Assembly (NCBI RefSeq): GCF_964355755.1
Contig: NC_092673.1
Location: forward strand, 3,162,001-3,226,000
Length of the DNA: 64,000 nt
From: Antedon mediterranea
Lineage: Eukaryota > Animalia > Echinodermata
Direction: 5' to 3'
Made by a program: the position numbers and the translations under genes. The number at the start of each line of letters is the position of its first letter. The stretch's first letter is position 1. The notes below the pieces were generated by a model that had not been told where the DNA came from, did not search any database, and saw nothing but the letters and a program-made list of their open reading frames with translations. Shown here piece after piece: positions 12,237 to 26,800 of this stretch.

Positions 12237-13606
12237 TCATGGTGCCTTTGCTACACCCACAAGTGCAGGGCGTATTGTTCTATTGTGAAGTTTGTAGCCA
12301 ACTTTGGTTACCACAGCTACGGTGCCTGGTTCTTTTCCCTCGACAACCGATTCAAATAAAGCTTCATGTTGATTTGGGTCAAACTTCTCTCCTAGAGGAT
12401 CTATTTTTAAGAGGTGGTTTCTAGTGAAGACCTGAAAGATTAAACATGTTCAACTGTTAACGAACACCATTACGGTACTTCAATTTATTAGGATATACTG
12501 TAAGTAGTTTATTATTATTCTACCTTTTGTAATTGTGTTTCTGTCATCGTAACACCATTGAATAAGTCTTTTAGGTGGCTGTTAGAATTCAACTCGGTTT
12601 CTGGTACACTCTCCGTTGCTTTTGACAGAATGTCGGCAACCTCTAATAAGTCTTTACAAAAGTCTTGAATGGCAAAACGTCTGCTATCTTCCAGCTGTTT
12701 TTGATACCTTGTGCGGGTGTTTTCAACTTCTGCAAGAGCCCTCCGATATTTATCCTGAAAATAGAATTGTAATGAGTCGTATAATTTTAAAAGAACCTCA
12801 TCACATAATAAAATTCATTATAAAGTAGCAATATATTTGTTTTTATATATTATTATTTAGGTATTTGGTAGCAGTAGATCTAACCGATGTTTCCTTCAGT
12901 TCATTTTCAAGTTTAGTCTTTTCTTCCGCTAACTTCTTTCCATTCTCACTTAACTCCTGTGTTTTGCTAGTGCTATCTTTTTGTTCTGCTTCTGAAGGTT
13001 TGTGTTCTTGAGCTTCTGATGATAAACTCGGTATCCTGTTGAGAATAAATAAGAATAGGGTCAAAGTCTTTCTGATCATTCTCTCCTCACCCCACATATA
13101 ATTACTTCATTGTATTTATTATCCTGTGCTGTATGACAGTGTATGTTATTGTTATATTATTGTGGAAATAAATTAAATTAAAAATAGCCTGGATGTTACT
13201 AAAGACTTATTTTAAAGAATAATTATCAAGTATATAATAGTAAACCTGGTCATCTAAGTTCATTTCTATGATGATTGATCTTACGCCCCCAGCTAGGCCT
13301 GGTTTCCACGGATAACCGTTTCCACCACGGCGGGTCACCAACAAGCCCGTCTACTGCTGCATGCTTTACACTCTGTACTACCTAGTTTATAGTAGTAGGC
13401 TAGCCTACTAGCTGACTGATTGCGTAAGATCGGTTTCATAAGATTTTATTTCGTAAGGTATGACACAAAGTTTACAGAAACATGGTAAATGATATAAATA
13501 TAAAGTGTGCTTACCTATATGTATTTAAATTACTAAGAGGAATACGGTAAAATCTAGAAAAACGTAAACATTTGGAAATTACGTGCGTGTTCATGGTAGT
13601 CGCCAT
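12237..13606 (-). CDS. GRPEL1: Mitochondrial GrpE nucleotide-exchange factor (GRPEL1/2 orthologue), 222 aa
   Basis: Exons 13606-13515, 13035-12885, 12754-12524, 12431-12237 (669 nt, GT-AG, in frame). Arg-rich, acid-free presequence MATTMNTHVISKCLRFSRFYRIP; DKYRRALAEVENTR, FCKDLLEVADIL, FDPNQHEALF, GYKLHNRTIRPALVGV. Confidence 0.95.
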
Positions 13607-13787
13607 CTTTAGTATCCCAGCAATCACCGGCGTGAAGTTGGTTACTTATTCCTTATTCGATATTCAATTTTTTTTGTGAAGTTGGATCCTTATTCGACAT
13701 TCACATTCACATGTATGGGGCGCAATATGTGTAATATTTTAATTAAATGATTTTATACTTACGGCTTAGATTAACTAGGGCTATGAT

Positions 13788-16700
13788 TTATAGGGCTATA
13801 ACTTCGTTATAAACAGCATGGACCGGGATGACGATACATGGGTTGGGGCTAGTAGGGTCCAGTCGTTTCAGAAAAATACCACTTGCCCCGGTCCATGCCG
13901 TCTAGCTGTCATTTTACGCCATTTTAAAACCTTACTACAATTTAATGTTTTTTAAAATAAAAAATGCAATATACCGGATGATTTATAGGGCTATAATTAC
14001 GTGATAAACGGCATGGACCGGGATGACGATACATGGATTGGGGCGAGTAGGATCTAGTCATTTCAGAAAAATACCACTTGCCCCGGTCCATGCCGTCTAG
14101 CTGCCATTTTACGCCATTTTAAAAGGTTACCACAATTTAAGTTTTTTTTTTTATAAAAAATGCAATATAACCGTATGATTTATAGGGCTATAATTACGTT
14201 ATAAACGGCATGGACCGGGATGACGATACATGGGTTGGGGCTAGTAGGGTCCTGTCGTTTCAGAAAAATACCACTTGCCCCGGTCCATGCCGTCTAACTG
14301 CCATTTTACGCCATTTTAAAACGTTACTACAATTTAAGTTTTTTTTAAATGAAAAATGTAATATTACCGGATGATTTATAGGGCTATAATTACGTTATAA
14401 ACGGCATGGACCGGGATGACGATACATGGGTTGGGGCTAGTAGGGTCCTGTCGTTTCAGAAAAATACCACTTGCCCCGGTCCATGCCGTCTAGCTGCCAT
14501 TTTACGCCATTTTAAAACGTTACTACAATTTAAGTTTTTTTTAAATGAAAAATGTAATATTACCGTATGATATATAGGGCTATAATTACGTTATAAACGG
14601 CATGGACCGGGATGACGATACATGGGTTGGGGCGAGTAGGGTCCAGTCATTTCAGAAAAATACCACTTGCCCCGGTCCATGCCGTCTAGCTAGCATTTTA
14701 CGCCATTTTAAAACGTTACCACAATTTAACGTTTTTTTTTATAAAAAATGAAATATAACCGAATGATTTATAGGGCTATAATTACGTTATGAACGGCATG
14801 GACCGGGATGACGATACATGGGTTGGGGCTAGTAGGGTCCAGTCGTTTCAGAAAAATACCACTTGCCCCGGTCCATGCCGTCTAGCTGTCATTTTACGCC
14901 CTTTTAAAACGTTACTACAATTTAACGTTTTTTAAAATAAAAATTGCAATATAACCGGATGAAATATAGGGCTATAATTACGTGATAAACGGCATGGACC
15001 GGGATGACGATACATGGATTGGGGCGAGTAGGATCTAGTCATTTCAGAAAAATACCACTTGCCCCGGTCCATGCCGTCTAGCTGCCATTTTACGCCATTT
15101 TAAAACGTTACCACAATTTAAGTTTTTTTTTTTTATAAAAAATGCAATATAACCGTATGATTTATAGGGCTATAATTACGTTATAAACGGCATGGATCGG
15201 GATGACGATACATGGGTTGGGGCTAGTAGGGTCCTGTCGTTTCAGAAAAATACCACTTGCCCCGGTCCATGCCGTCTAGCTGCCATTTTACGCCATTTTA
15301 AAACGTCACTACAATTTAAGTTTTTTTTAAAGGAAAAATGTAATATTACCGGATGATATATAGGGCTATAATTACGTTATAAACGGCATGGACCGGGATG
15401 ACGATACATGGGTTGGGGCGAGTAGGGTCCAGTCATTTCAGAAAAATACCACTTGCCCCGGTCCATGCCGTCTAGCTAGCATTTTACGCCATTTTAAAAC
15501 GTTACCACAATTTAACGTTTTTTTTAATAAAAAAATGAAATATAACCGAATGATTTATAGGGCTATAATTACGTTATGAACGGCATGGACCGGGATGACG
15601 ATACATGGGTTGGGGCTAGTAGGGTCCAGTCGTTTCAGAAAAATACCACTTGTCCCGGTCCATGCCGTCTAGCTGTCATTTTACGCCATTTTAAAACGTT
15701 ACTACAATTTAACGTTTTTTTAAATAAAAATTGCAATATAACCGGATGAAATATAGGGCTATAATTACGTGATAAACGGCATGGACCGGGATGACGATAC
15801 ATGGATTGGGGCGAGTAGGATCTAGTCATTTCAGAAAAATACCACTTGCCCCGGTCCATGCCGTCTAGCTGCAATTTTACGCCATTTTAAAACGTTACCA
15901 CAATTTAAGTTTTTTTTTATAAAAAATGCAATATAACCGTATGATTTATAGGGCTATAATTACGTTATAAACGGCATGGACCGGGATGACGATACATGGG
16001 TTGGGGCTAGTAGGGTCCTGTCGTTTCAGAAAAATACCACTTGCCGCGGTCCATGCTGTCTAGCTGCCATTTTACGCCATTTTAAAACGTTACTACAATT
16101 TAAGTTTTTTTTAAATGAAAAATGTAATATTACCGGATGATATATAGGGCTATATTTACGTTATAAACGGCATGGACCGGGATGACAATACATGGGTTGG
16201 GGCGAGTAGGGTCCAGTCATTTCAGAAAAATACCACTTGCCCCGGTCCATGCCGTCTAGCTGTCATTTTACGCCATTTTAAAACCTTACTACAATTTAAT
16301 GTTTTTTTAAAAAAAAAATGCAATATACCGGATGATTTATAGGGCTATAATTACGTGATAAACGGCATGGACCGGGATGACGATACATGGATTGGGGCGA
16401 GTAGGATCTAGTCATTTCAGAAAAATACCACTTGCCCCGGTCCATGCCGTCTAGCTGCCATTTTACGCCATTTTAAAACGTTACCACAATTTAAGTTTTT
16501 TTTTAATAAAAAATGCAATATAACCGTATGATTTATAGGGCTAAAATTACGTTATAAACGGCATGGACCGGGATGACGATACATGGGTTGGGGCTAGTAG
16601 GGTCCTGTCGTTTCAGAAAAATACCACTTGCCCCGGTCCATGCCGTCTAGCTGCCATTTTACGCCATTTTAAAACGTTACTACAATTTAAGTTTTTTTTA

Positions 16701-19700
16701 AATGAAAAATGTAATATTACCGGATGATATATAGGGCTATAATTACGTTATAAACGGCATGGACCGGGATGACGATACATGGGTTGGGGCGAGTAGGGTC
16801 CAGTCATTTCAGAAAAATACCACTTGCCCCGGTCCATGCCGTCTAGCTAGCATTTTACGCCATTTTAAAACGTTACCACAATTTAACGTTTTTTTTTATA
16901 AAAAAATGAAATATAACCGAATGATTTATAGGGCTATAATTACGTTATGAACGGCATGGACCGGGATGACGATACATGGGTTGGGGCTAGTAGGGTCCAG
17001 TCGTTTCAGAAAAATACCACTTGTCCCGGTCCATGCCGTCTAGCTGTCATTTTACGCCATTTTAAAACGTTACTACAATTTAACGTTTTTTTAAATAAAA
17101 ATTGCAATATAACCGGATGAAATATAGGGCTATAATTACGTGATAAACGGCATGGACCGGGATGACGATACATGGATTGGGGCGAGTAGGATCTAGTCAT
17201 TTCAGAAAAATACCACTTGCCCCGGTCCATGCCGTCTAGCTGCAATTTTACGCCATTTTAAAACGTTACCACAATTTAAGTTTTTTTTTATAAAAAATGC
17301 AATATAACCGTATGATTTATAGGGCTATAATTACGTTATAAACGGCATGGACCGGGATGACGATACATGGGTTGGGGCTAGTAGGGTCCTGTCGTTTCAG
17401 AAAAATACCACTTGCCGCGGTCCATGCTGTCTAGCTGCCATTTTACGCCATTTTAAAACGTTACTACAATTTAAGTTTTTTTTAAATGAAAAATGTAATA
17501 TTACCGGATGATATATAGGGCTATATTTACGTTATAAACGGCATGGACCGGGATGACAATACATGGGTTGGGGCGAGTAGGGTCCAGTCATTTCAGAAAA
17601 ATACCACTTGCCCCGGTCCATGCCGTCTAGCTGTCATTTTACGCCATTTTAAAACCTTACTACAATTTAATGTTTTTTTAAAAAAAAAATGCAATATACC
17701 GGATGATTTATAGGGCTATAATTACGTGATAAACGGCATGGACCGGGATGACGATACATGGATTGGGGCGAGTAGGATCTAGTCATTTCAGAAAAATACC
17801 ACTTGCCCCGGTCCATGCCGTCTAGCTGCCATTTTACGCCATTTTAAAACGTTACCACAATTTAAGTTTTTTTTTAATAAAAAATGCAATATAACCGTAT
17901 GATTTATAGGGCTAAAATTACGTTATAAACGGCATGGACCGGGATGACGATACATGGGTTGGGGCTAGTAGGGTCCTGTCGTTTCAGAAAAATACCACTT
18001 GCCCCGGTCCATGCCGTCTAGCTGCCATTTTACGCCATTTTAAAACGTTACTACAATTTAAGTTTTTTTTAAATGAAAAATGTAATATTACCGGATGATA
18101 TATAGGGCTATAATTACGTTATAAACGGCATGGACCGGGATGACGATACATGGGTTGGGGCGAGTAGGGTCCAGTCATTTCAGAAAAATACCACTTGCCC
18201 CGGTCCATGCCGTCTAGCTAGCATTTTACGCCATTTTAAAACGTTACCACAATTTAACGTTTTTTTTTATAAAAAAATGAAATATAACCGAATGATTTAT
18301 AGGGCTATAATTACGTTATGAACGGCATGGACCGGGATGACGATACATGGGTTGGGGCTAGTAGGGTCCAGTCGTTTCAGAAAAATACCACTTGCCCCGG
18401 TCCATGCCGTCTAGCTGTCATTTTACGCCATTTTAAAACGTTACTACAATTTAACGTTTTTTTAAATAAAAATTGCAATATAACCGGATGAAATATAGGG
18501 CTATAATTACGTGATAAACGGCATGGACCGGGATAACGATACATGGATTGGGGCGAGTAGGATCTAGTCATTTCAGAAAAATACCACTTGCCCCGGTCCA
18601 TGCCGTCTAGCTGCCATTTGACGCCATTTTAAAACGTTACCACAATTTAAGTTTTTTTTTTATAAAAAATGCAATATAACCGTATGATTTATAGGGCTAT
18701 AATTACGTTATAAACGGCATGGACCGGGATGACGATACATGGGTTGGGGCTAGTAGGGTCCTGTCGTTTCAGAAAAATACCACTTGCCGCGGTCCATGCC
18801 GTCTAGCTGCCATTTTACGCCATTTTAAAACGTTACTACAATTTAAGTTTTTTTTAAATGAAAAATGTAATATTACCGGATGATATATAGGGCTATAATT
18901 ACGTTATAAACGGCATGGACCGGGATGACGATACATGGGTTGGGGCGAGTAGGGTCCAGTCATTTCAGAAAAATACCACTTGCCCCGGTCCATGCCGTCT
19001 AGCTAGCATTTTACGCCATTTTAAAACGTTACCACAATTTAACGTTTTTTTTTATAAAAAAATGAAATATAACCGAATGATTTACAGGGCTATAATTACG
19101 TTATGAACGGCATGGACCGGGATGACGATACATGGGTTGGGGCTAGTAGGGTCCAGTCATTTCAGAAAAATACCACTTGCCCCGGTCCATGCCGTCTAGC
19201 TGTCATTTTACGCCATTTTAAAACCTTACTACAATTTAATGTTTTTTTTAAAAAAAAATGCAATATACCGGATGATTTATAGGGCTATAATTACGTGATA
19301 AACGGCATGGACCGGGATGACGATACATGGATTGGGGCGAGTAGGATCTAGTCATTTCAGAAAAATACCACTTGCCCCGGTCCATGCCGTCTAGCTGCCA
19401 TTTTACGCCATTTTAAAATGTTACTACAATTTAAGTTTTTTTTAAATGAAAAATGTAATATTACCGGATGATATATAGGGCTATAATTACGTTATAAACG
19501 GCATGGACCGGGATGACGATACATGGGTTGGGGCGAGTAGGGTCCAGTCATTTCAGAAAAATACCACTTGCCCCGGTCCATGCCGTCTAGCTAGCATTTT
19601 ACGCCATTTTAAAACGTTACCACAATTTAACGTTTTTTTTTATAAAAAAATGAAATATAACCGAATGATTTACAGGGCTATAATTACGTTATGAACGGCA

Positions 19701-20894
19701 TGGACCGGGATGACGATACATGGGTTGGGGCTAGTAGGGTCCAGTCATTTCAGAAAAATACCACTTGCCCCGGTCCATGCCGTCTAGCTGTCATTTTACG
19801 CCATTTTAAAACCTTACTACAATTTAATGTTTTTTTAAAAAAAAAATGCAATATACCGGATGATTTATAGGGCTATAATTACGTGATAAACGGCATGGAC
19901 CGGGATGACGATACATGGATTGGGGCGAGTAGGATCTAGTCATTTCAGAAAAATACCACTTGCCCCGGTCCATGCCGTCTATCTGCCATTTTACGCCATT
20001 TTAAAATGTTACTACAATTTAAGTTTTTTTTAAATGAAAAATGTAATATTACCGGATGATATATAGGGCTATAATTACGTTATAAACGGCATGGACCGGG
20101 ATGACGATACATGGGTTGGGGCGAGTAGGGTCCAGTCATTTCAGAAAAATACCACTTGCCCCGGTCCATGCCGTCTAGCTAGCATTTTACGCCATTTTAA
20201 AACGTTACCACAATTTAAGGTTTTTTTTTTATAAAAAAATGAAATATAACCGAATGATTTATAGGGCTATAATTACGTTATGAACGGCATGGACCGGGAT
20301 GACGATACATGGGTTGGGGCTAGTAGGGTCCAGTCGTTTCAGAAAAATACCACTTGCCCCGGTCCATGCCGTCTAGCTGTCATTTTACGCCATTTTAAAA
20401 CGTTACTACAATTTAACGTTTTTTTAAATAAAAATTGCAATATAACCGGATGAAATATAGGGCTATAATTACGTGATAAACGGCATGGACCGGGATGACG
20501 ATACATGGATTGGGGCGAGTAGGATCTAGTCATTTCAGAAAAATACCACTTGCCCCGGTCCATGCCGTCTAGCTGCCATTTTACGCCATTTTAAAATGTT
20601 ACTACAATTTAATTTTTTTTTATAAAAAATGCAATATAACCGGAAGATATATAGGGCTATAATTACGTTATAAACGGCATGGACCAGGATGACGATACAT
20701 GGGTTGGGGCCAGTAGCGTCCAGTCATTTCAGAAAAATACCACTTGCCCTGGTCCATGTCGTCTAGCTGTCATTTTACGCCATTTTAAAACGTTACTACA
20801 ATTGAACTTTAAAAAAAAATGCAATATAAACGCATGATTTATAGGGCTATAATTACGTTATAAACGGCATGGACCGGGATGACGATACGTGGGT
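13788..20894 (+). repeat. ~196-bp satellite array, left arm (~36 monomers)
   Basis: Monomer ...ATAGGGCTATAATTACGTTATAAACGGCATGGACCGGGATGACGATAC... Higher-order periods of 1371 bp (15388/16759/18130) and 588 bp (18915/19503). Confidence 0.97.
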
Positions 20895-23800
20895 GAAATG
20901 ACTGGACCCTACTTGCCCCAATCAATGTATCGTCATCCCGGTCCATGCCGTTTATAACGTAATTATAGCCCTATAAATCATGCGTTTATATTGCATTTTT
21001 TATTTAAAAAAAAGTTAAATTGTAGTAACATTTTAAAATGGCGTAAAATGGCAGCTAGACGGCATAGACCGGGGCAAGTGGTATTTTTATAAAATCACTC
21101 GAACATACTCGCCTCAACCTATGTATCGTCATCCCGGTCCATGCCGTTTATAACGTAATTATAGCTCTATTATATCATGCATATATATTGCATTTTTTAT
21201 TTTTAAAAACGTAAAATTGTAGTAACGTTTTAAAATGGCGTAAAATGACAGCTAGACGGCATGGACCGGGGCAAGTGGTATTTTTCCAAAATGACTAGAC
21301 ACTACTCGTCCAAACCCATGCATCGTCATCCCGGTCCATGTCGTTTATAACGTAATTATAGCCCTATAAATCATACGTTTATAGTGCATTTTTTATTTTT
21401 AAAAACGTTAAATTGTAGTAACGTTTTAAAATGGCGTAAAATGACAGCTAGACGGCATGGACCGGGGCAAGTGGTACTTTTCTATAATGACTAGACCCTA
21501 CTCGCACCAACCCATGTATCGTCATCCCGGTCCATGACGTTTATAACGTAATTATAGCCCTATATATCATCCGGTTATATTGCATTTTTTATAAAAAAAA
21601 GTTAAATTGTAGTAACGTTTTAAAATGGCGTGAAATGGCCGCTAGACGGCATGGACCGGGTCAAGTGGTATTTTTCTGAAACGACTGGACCCTACTAGCC
21701 CAACCCATGTATCGTCATCCCGGTCCATAGCGTTTATAACGTAATTATAGCCCTATAAATCATACGTTTACATTGCATTTTTTATGAAAACCTTAAATTG
21801 TAATAACGTTTTAAAATGGCGTAAAATGACAGCTAGACGGCATGGACCGGGGCAAGTTGTATTTTTCTGAAATGACTGGACCCTACTCGCCCCAACCCAT
21901 GTATCGTTATCCCGGTCCATGCCGTTTATAACGTAATTATAGCCCTATACATCATACGTTTACATTGCATTTTTTATGAAAACCTTAAATTGTAGTAACG
22001 TTTTAAAATGGCGTAAAATGACAGCTAGACGGCATGGATCGGGGTAAGAGGTATATTTCTGAAATGACTGGACCCTACTCGCCCCAACCCATGTATCGTC
22101 ATCCCGGTCCATGCCGTTTATAACGTAATTATAGCCCTATATATCATCCGGTTATATTGCATTTTTTATAAAAACGTTAAATTGTAGTAAGGTTTTAAAA
22201 TGGCGTGAAATGGCAGCTAGACGGCATGGACTGGGGCAAGTGGTATATTTCTGAAACGACTGGACCCTACTAGCCCTAACCCATGTATCGTCATCCCGGT
22301 CCATGCCGTTTATAACGTAATTATAGCCCTATAATCATTCGGTTATATTGTATTTTTTATATAAAAAAAACGTTAAATTGTAGTAACGTTTTAAAATGGC
22401 GTAAAATGATAGCTAGACGGCATGGACCGTGGCAAGTGGTATTTTTCTGAATTGACTGGACCCTACTTGCCCCAACCCATGTATCGTTATCTCGGTCCAT
22501 GCCGTTTATAACGTAATTATAGCCCTATATTTCATCCGGTTATATTGAATTTTTTATAAAAACGTTAAATTGTAGTAACGTTTTAAAATGGCGTGAAATG
22601 GCAGCTAGACGGCATGGACCGGGTCAAGTGGTATTTTTCTGAAACTACTGGACCCTACTAGCCCCAAACCATGTATCGTCATCCCGGTCCATACCGTTTA
22701 TAACGTCATTATAATAGCCCTATAAATCATTCGGTTATATTGCATTTTGTATTTAAAAAAAAAAATTGTAGTACCGGTAACGTTTTAAAATGGCTTAAAA
22801 TGACAGCTAGACGGCATGGACCGGGGCAAGTGGTATTTTTCTGAAATGACTGGACCCTACTAGCCCCAACCCATGTATCGTCATCCCGGTCCATGCCGTT
22901 TATAACGTAATTATAGCCCTATAAATCATTCGGTTAAATTGCATTTTTTATTTAAAAAAATTAAATTGTAGTACCGGTAACGTTTTAAAATGGCGTAAAA
23001 TGACAGCTAGACGGCATGGACCGAGACAAGTGGTATTTTTATGCAATGACTGGACACTACTCGCCCCAACCCATGTATCGTCATCCCGGTCCAGGCCGTT
23101 TATAACGTCATTATAGCCCTATATATCATCCTGTTATATTGCATTTTTTATTTTAAAAAACGTTATATTGTAGTAACGTTTTAAAATGGCATAAAATGAT
23201 AGCTAGACGGCATGGACCGGGGCAAGTGGTATTTTTCTGAATTTACTGGACCCTACTTGCCCCAACCCATGTATCGTCATCCCGGTCCATGCCGTTTGTA
23301 ACGTAATTATAGCCCTATAAATCATACGTTTACATTGCATTTTTTATGAAAACCTTAAATTGTACTAACGTTTTAAAATGGCGTAAAATGACAGCTAGAC
23401 GGCATGGACCGGGGTAAGAGGTATTTTTCTGAAATGACTGGACCCTACTCGCCCCAACCCATGTATCGTCATCCCGGTCCATGTCGTTTATAACGTAATT
23501 ATAGCCCTATATTTCATCCGGTTATATTGCAATTTTTATAAAAACGTTAATTTGTAGTAAGGTTTTAAAATGGCGTGAAATGGCAGCTAGACGTCATGGA
23601 CCGGGTCAAGTGGTATTTTTCTGAAACTACTGGACCCTACTAGCCCCAACCCATGTATCGTCATCCCGGTCCATGCCGTTTATAACGTAATTATAGCCCT
23701 ACAAATCATTCGGTTATATTGCATTTTTTATTTAAAAAAATTAAATTGTAGTACCGGTAACGTTTTAAAATGGTGTAAAATTACAGCTAGACGGCATGGA

Positions 23801-26800
23801 CCGGGGCAAGTGGTATTTTTCTGAAATGACTGGACCCTACTCGCCCCAACCCATGTATCGTCATCCCGGTCTATGCCGTTTATAACGTAATTATAGCCCT
23901 ATATATCATCCTGTTATATTGCATTTTTTATTTAAAAAAACGTTAAATTGTAGTAACGTTTTAAAATGGCGTAAAATGACAGCTAAACGGCATGGACCGG
24001 GGCAAGTGGTATTTTTCAGAAACGACTGGACCCTACTAGCTTAACCCATGTATCGTCATCCCGGTCCATGCCGTTTATAACGTAATTATAGCCCTATAAA
24101 TCATTCGGTTATATTTCATTTTTTTTATAAAAAAAAAACGTTAAATTGTGGTAACGTTTTAAAATGGCGTAAAATGCTAGCTAGACGGCATGGACCGGGG
24201 CAAGTGGTATTTTTCTGAAATGACTGGACCCAACTCGCCCGAAACTATGTATCGTAATCCCGGTCCATGCCGTTTATAACGTAATTATAGCCCTATATAT
24301 CATCCGGTAATATTACATTTTTCATTTAAAAAAAACTTAAATTGTAGTAATGTTTTAAAATGGCGTAAAATGGCAGCTAGACGGCATGGACCGGGGCAAG
24401 TGGTATTTTTCTGAAACGACAGGACCCTACTAGCCCCAACCCATGTATCGTCATCGCGGTCCATGCCGTTTATAACGTAATTGTAGCCCTATAAATCATA
24501 CGGTTATATTGCATTTTTTATAAAAAAAAACTTAAATTGTAGTAACGTTTTAAAATGGCGTAAAATGACAGCTAGACGGCATGGACCGGGGTAAGAGGTA
24601 TTTTTCTGAAATGACTGGACCCTCCTCGCCCCAACCCATGTATCGTCATCCCGGTCCATGTCGTTTATAACGTAATTATAGCCCTATATTTCATCCGGTT
24701 ACATTGCAATTTTTATAAAAACGTTAATTTGTAGTAAGGTTTTAAAATGGCGTGAAATGGCAGCTAGACGGCATGGACCGGGTCAAGTGGTATTTTTCTG
24801 AAACTACTGGACCTTACTAGCCCCAACCCATGTATCGTCATCCCGGTCCATGCCGTTTATAACGTAATTATAGCCCTATAAATCATTCGGTTATATTGCA
24901 TTTTTTATTAAAAAAAACGTTAAATTGTAGTAACCTTTTAAAATGGCGTAAAATGATAGCTAGACGGCATGGACCGGGGCAAGTGGTATTTTTATGAATT
25001 AACTGGACCCTACTTGCCCCAACCCATGTATCGTCATCCCGGTCCATGCCGTTTATGACGTAATTATAGCCCTATAAATCATTCGGTTATATTGCATTTT
25101 GTATTTTAAAAAATTACAATGTAGTACCGGTAACGTTTTAAAATGGCTTAAAATGACAGCTAGACGGCATGGACCGGGGCAAGTTGTACTTTTCTGAAAT
25201 GACTGGACCCTACTCGCCACAACCCATGTATCGTTATCCCGGTCCATGCCGTTTATAACGTAATTATAGCCCTATACATCATACGTTTACATTGCATTTT
25301 TTATGAAAACCTTAAATTGTAGTAACGTTTTAAAATGGCGTAAAATGACAGCTAGACGGCATGGACCGAGACAAGTGGTATTTTTATGCAATGACTGGAC
25401 ACTACTCGCCCCAACCCATGTATCGTCATCCCGGTCCAGGCCGTTTATAACGTCATTATAGCCCTATATATCATCCTGTTATATTGCATTTTTTATTTTA
25501 AAAAACGTTATATTGTAGTAACGTTTTAAAATGGCATAAAATGATAGCTAGACGGCATGGACCGGGGCAAGTGGTATTTTTCTGAATTGACTGGACCCTA
25601 CTTGCCCCAACCCATGTATCGTCATCCCGGTCCATGCCGTTTGTAACGTAATTATAGCCCTATAAATCATACGTTTACATTGCATTTTTTATGAAAACCT
25701 TAAATTGTAGTAACGTTTTAAAATGGCGTAAAATGACAGCTAGACGGCATGGACCGGGGTAAGAGGTATTTTTCTGAAATGACTGGACCCTACTCGCCCC
25801 AACCCATGTATCGTCATCCCGGTCCATGTCGTTTATAACGTAATTATAGCCCTATATTTCATCCGGTTATATTGCAATTTTTATAAAAACGTTAATTTGT
25901 AGTAAGGTTTTAAAATGGTGTGAAATGGCAGCTAGACGTCATGGACCGGGTCAAGTGGTATTTTTCTGAAACTACTGGACCCTACTAGCCCCAACCCATG
26001 TATCGTCATCCCGGTCCATGCCGTTTATAACGTAATTATAGCCCTACAAATCATTCGGTTATATTGCATTTTTTATTTAAAAAAATTAAATTGTAGTACC
26101 GGTAACGTTTTAAAATGGTGTAAAATTACAGCTAGACGGCATGGACCGGGGCAAGTGGTATTTTTCTGAAATGACTGGACCCTACTCGCCCCAACCCATG
26201 TATCGTCATCCCGGTCTATGCCGTTTATAACGTAATTATAGCCCTATATATCATCCTGTTATATTGCATTTTTTATTTAAAAAAACGTTAAATTGTAGTA
26301 ACGTTTTAAAATGGCGTAAAATGACAGCTAAACGGCATGGACCGGGGCAAGTGGTATTTTTCAGAAACGACTGGACCCTACTAGCTTAACCCATGTATCG
26401 TCATGCCGGTCCATGCCGTTTATAACGTAATTATAGCCCTATAAATCATTCGGTTATATTTCATTTTTTTTATTAAAAAAAACCGTTAAATTGTGGTAAC
26501 GTTTTAAAATGGCGTAAAATGCTAGCTAGACGGCATGGACCGGGGCAAGTGGTATTTTTCTGAAATGACTGGACCCAACTCGCCCGAAACTATGTATCGT
26601 AATCCCGGTCCATGCCGTTTATAACGTAATTATAGCCCTATATATCATCCGGTAATATTACATTTTTCATTTAAAAAAAACTTAAATTGTAGTAATGTTT
26701 TAAAATGGCGTAAAATGGCAGCTAGACGGCATGGACCGGGGCAAGTGGTATTTTTCTGAAACGACAGGACCCTACTAGCCCCAACCCATGTATCGTCATC

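Noticed and set aside
14008-14030. CENP-B box in the monomer
   Set aside because: ATCGTCATCCCGG does not fit the TTCG-N4-A-N2-CGGG spacing.
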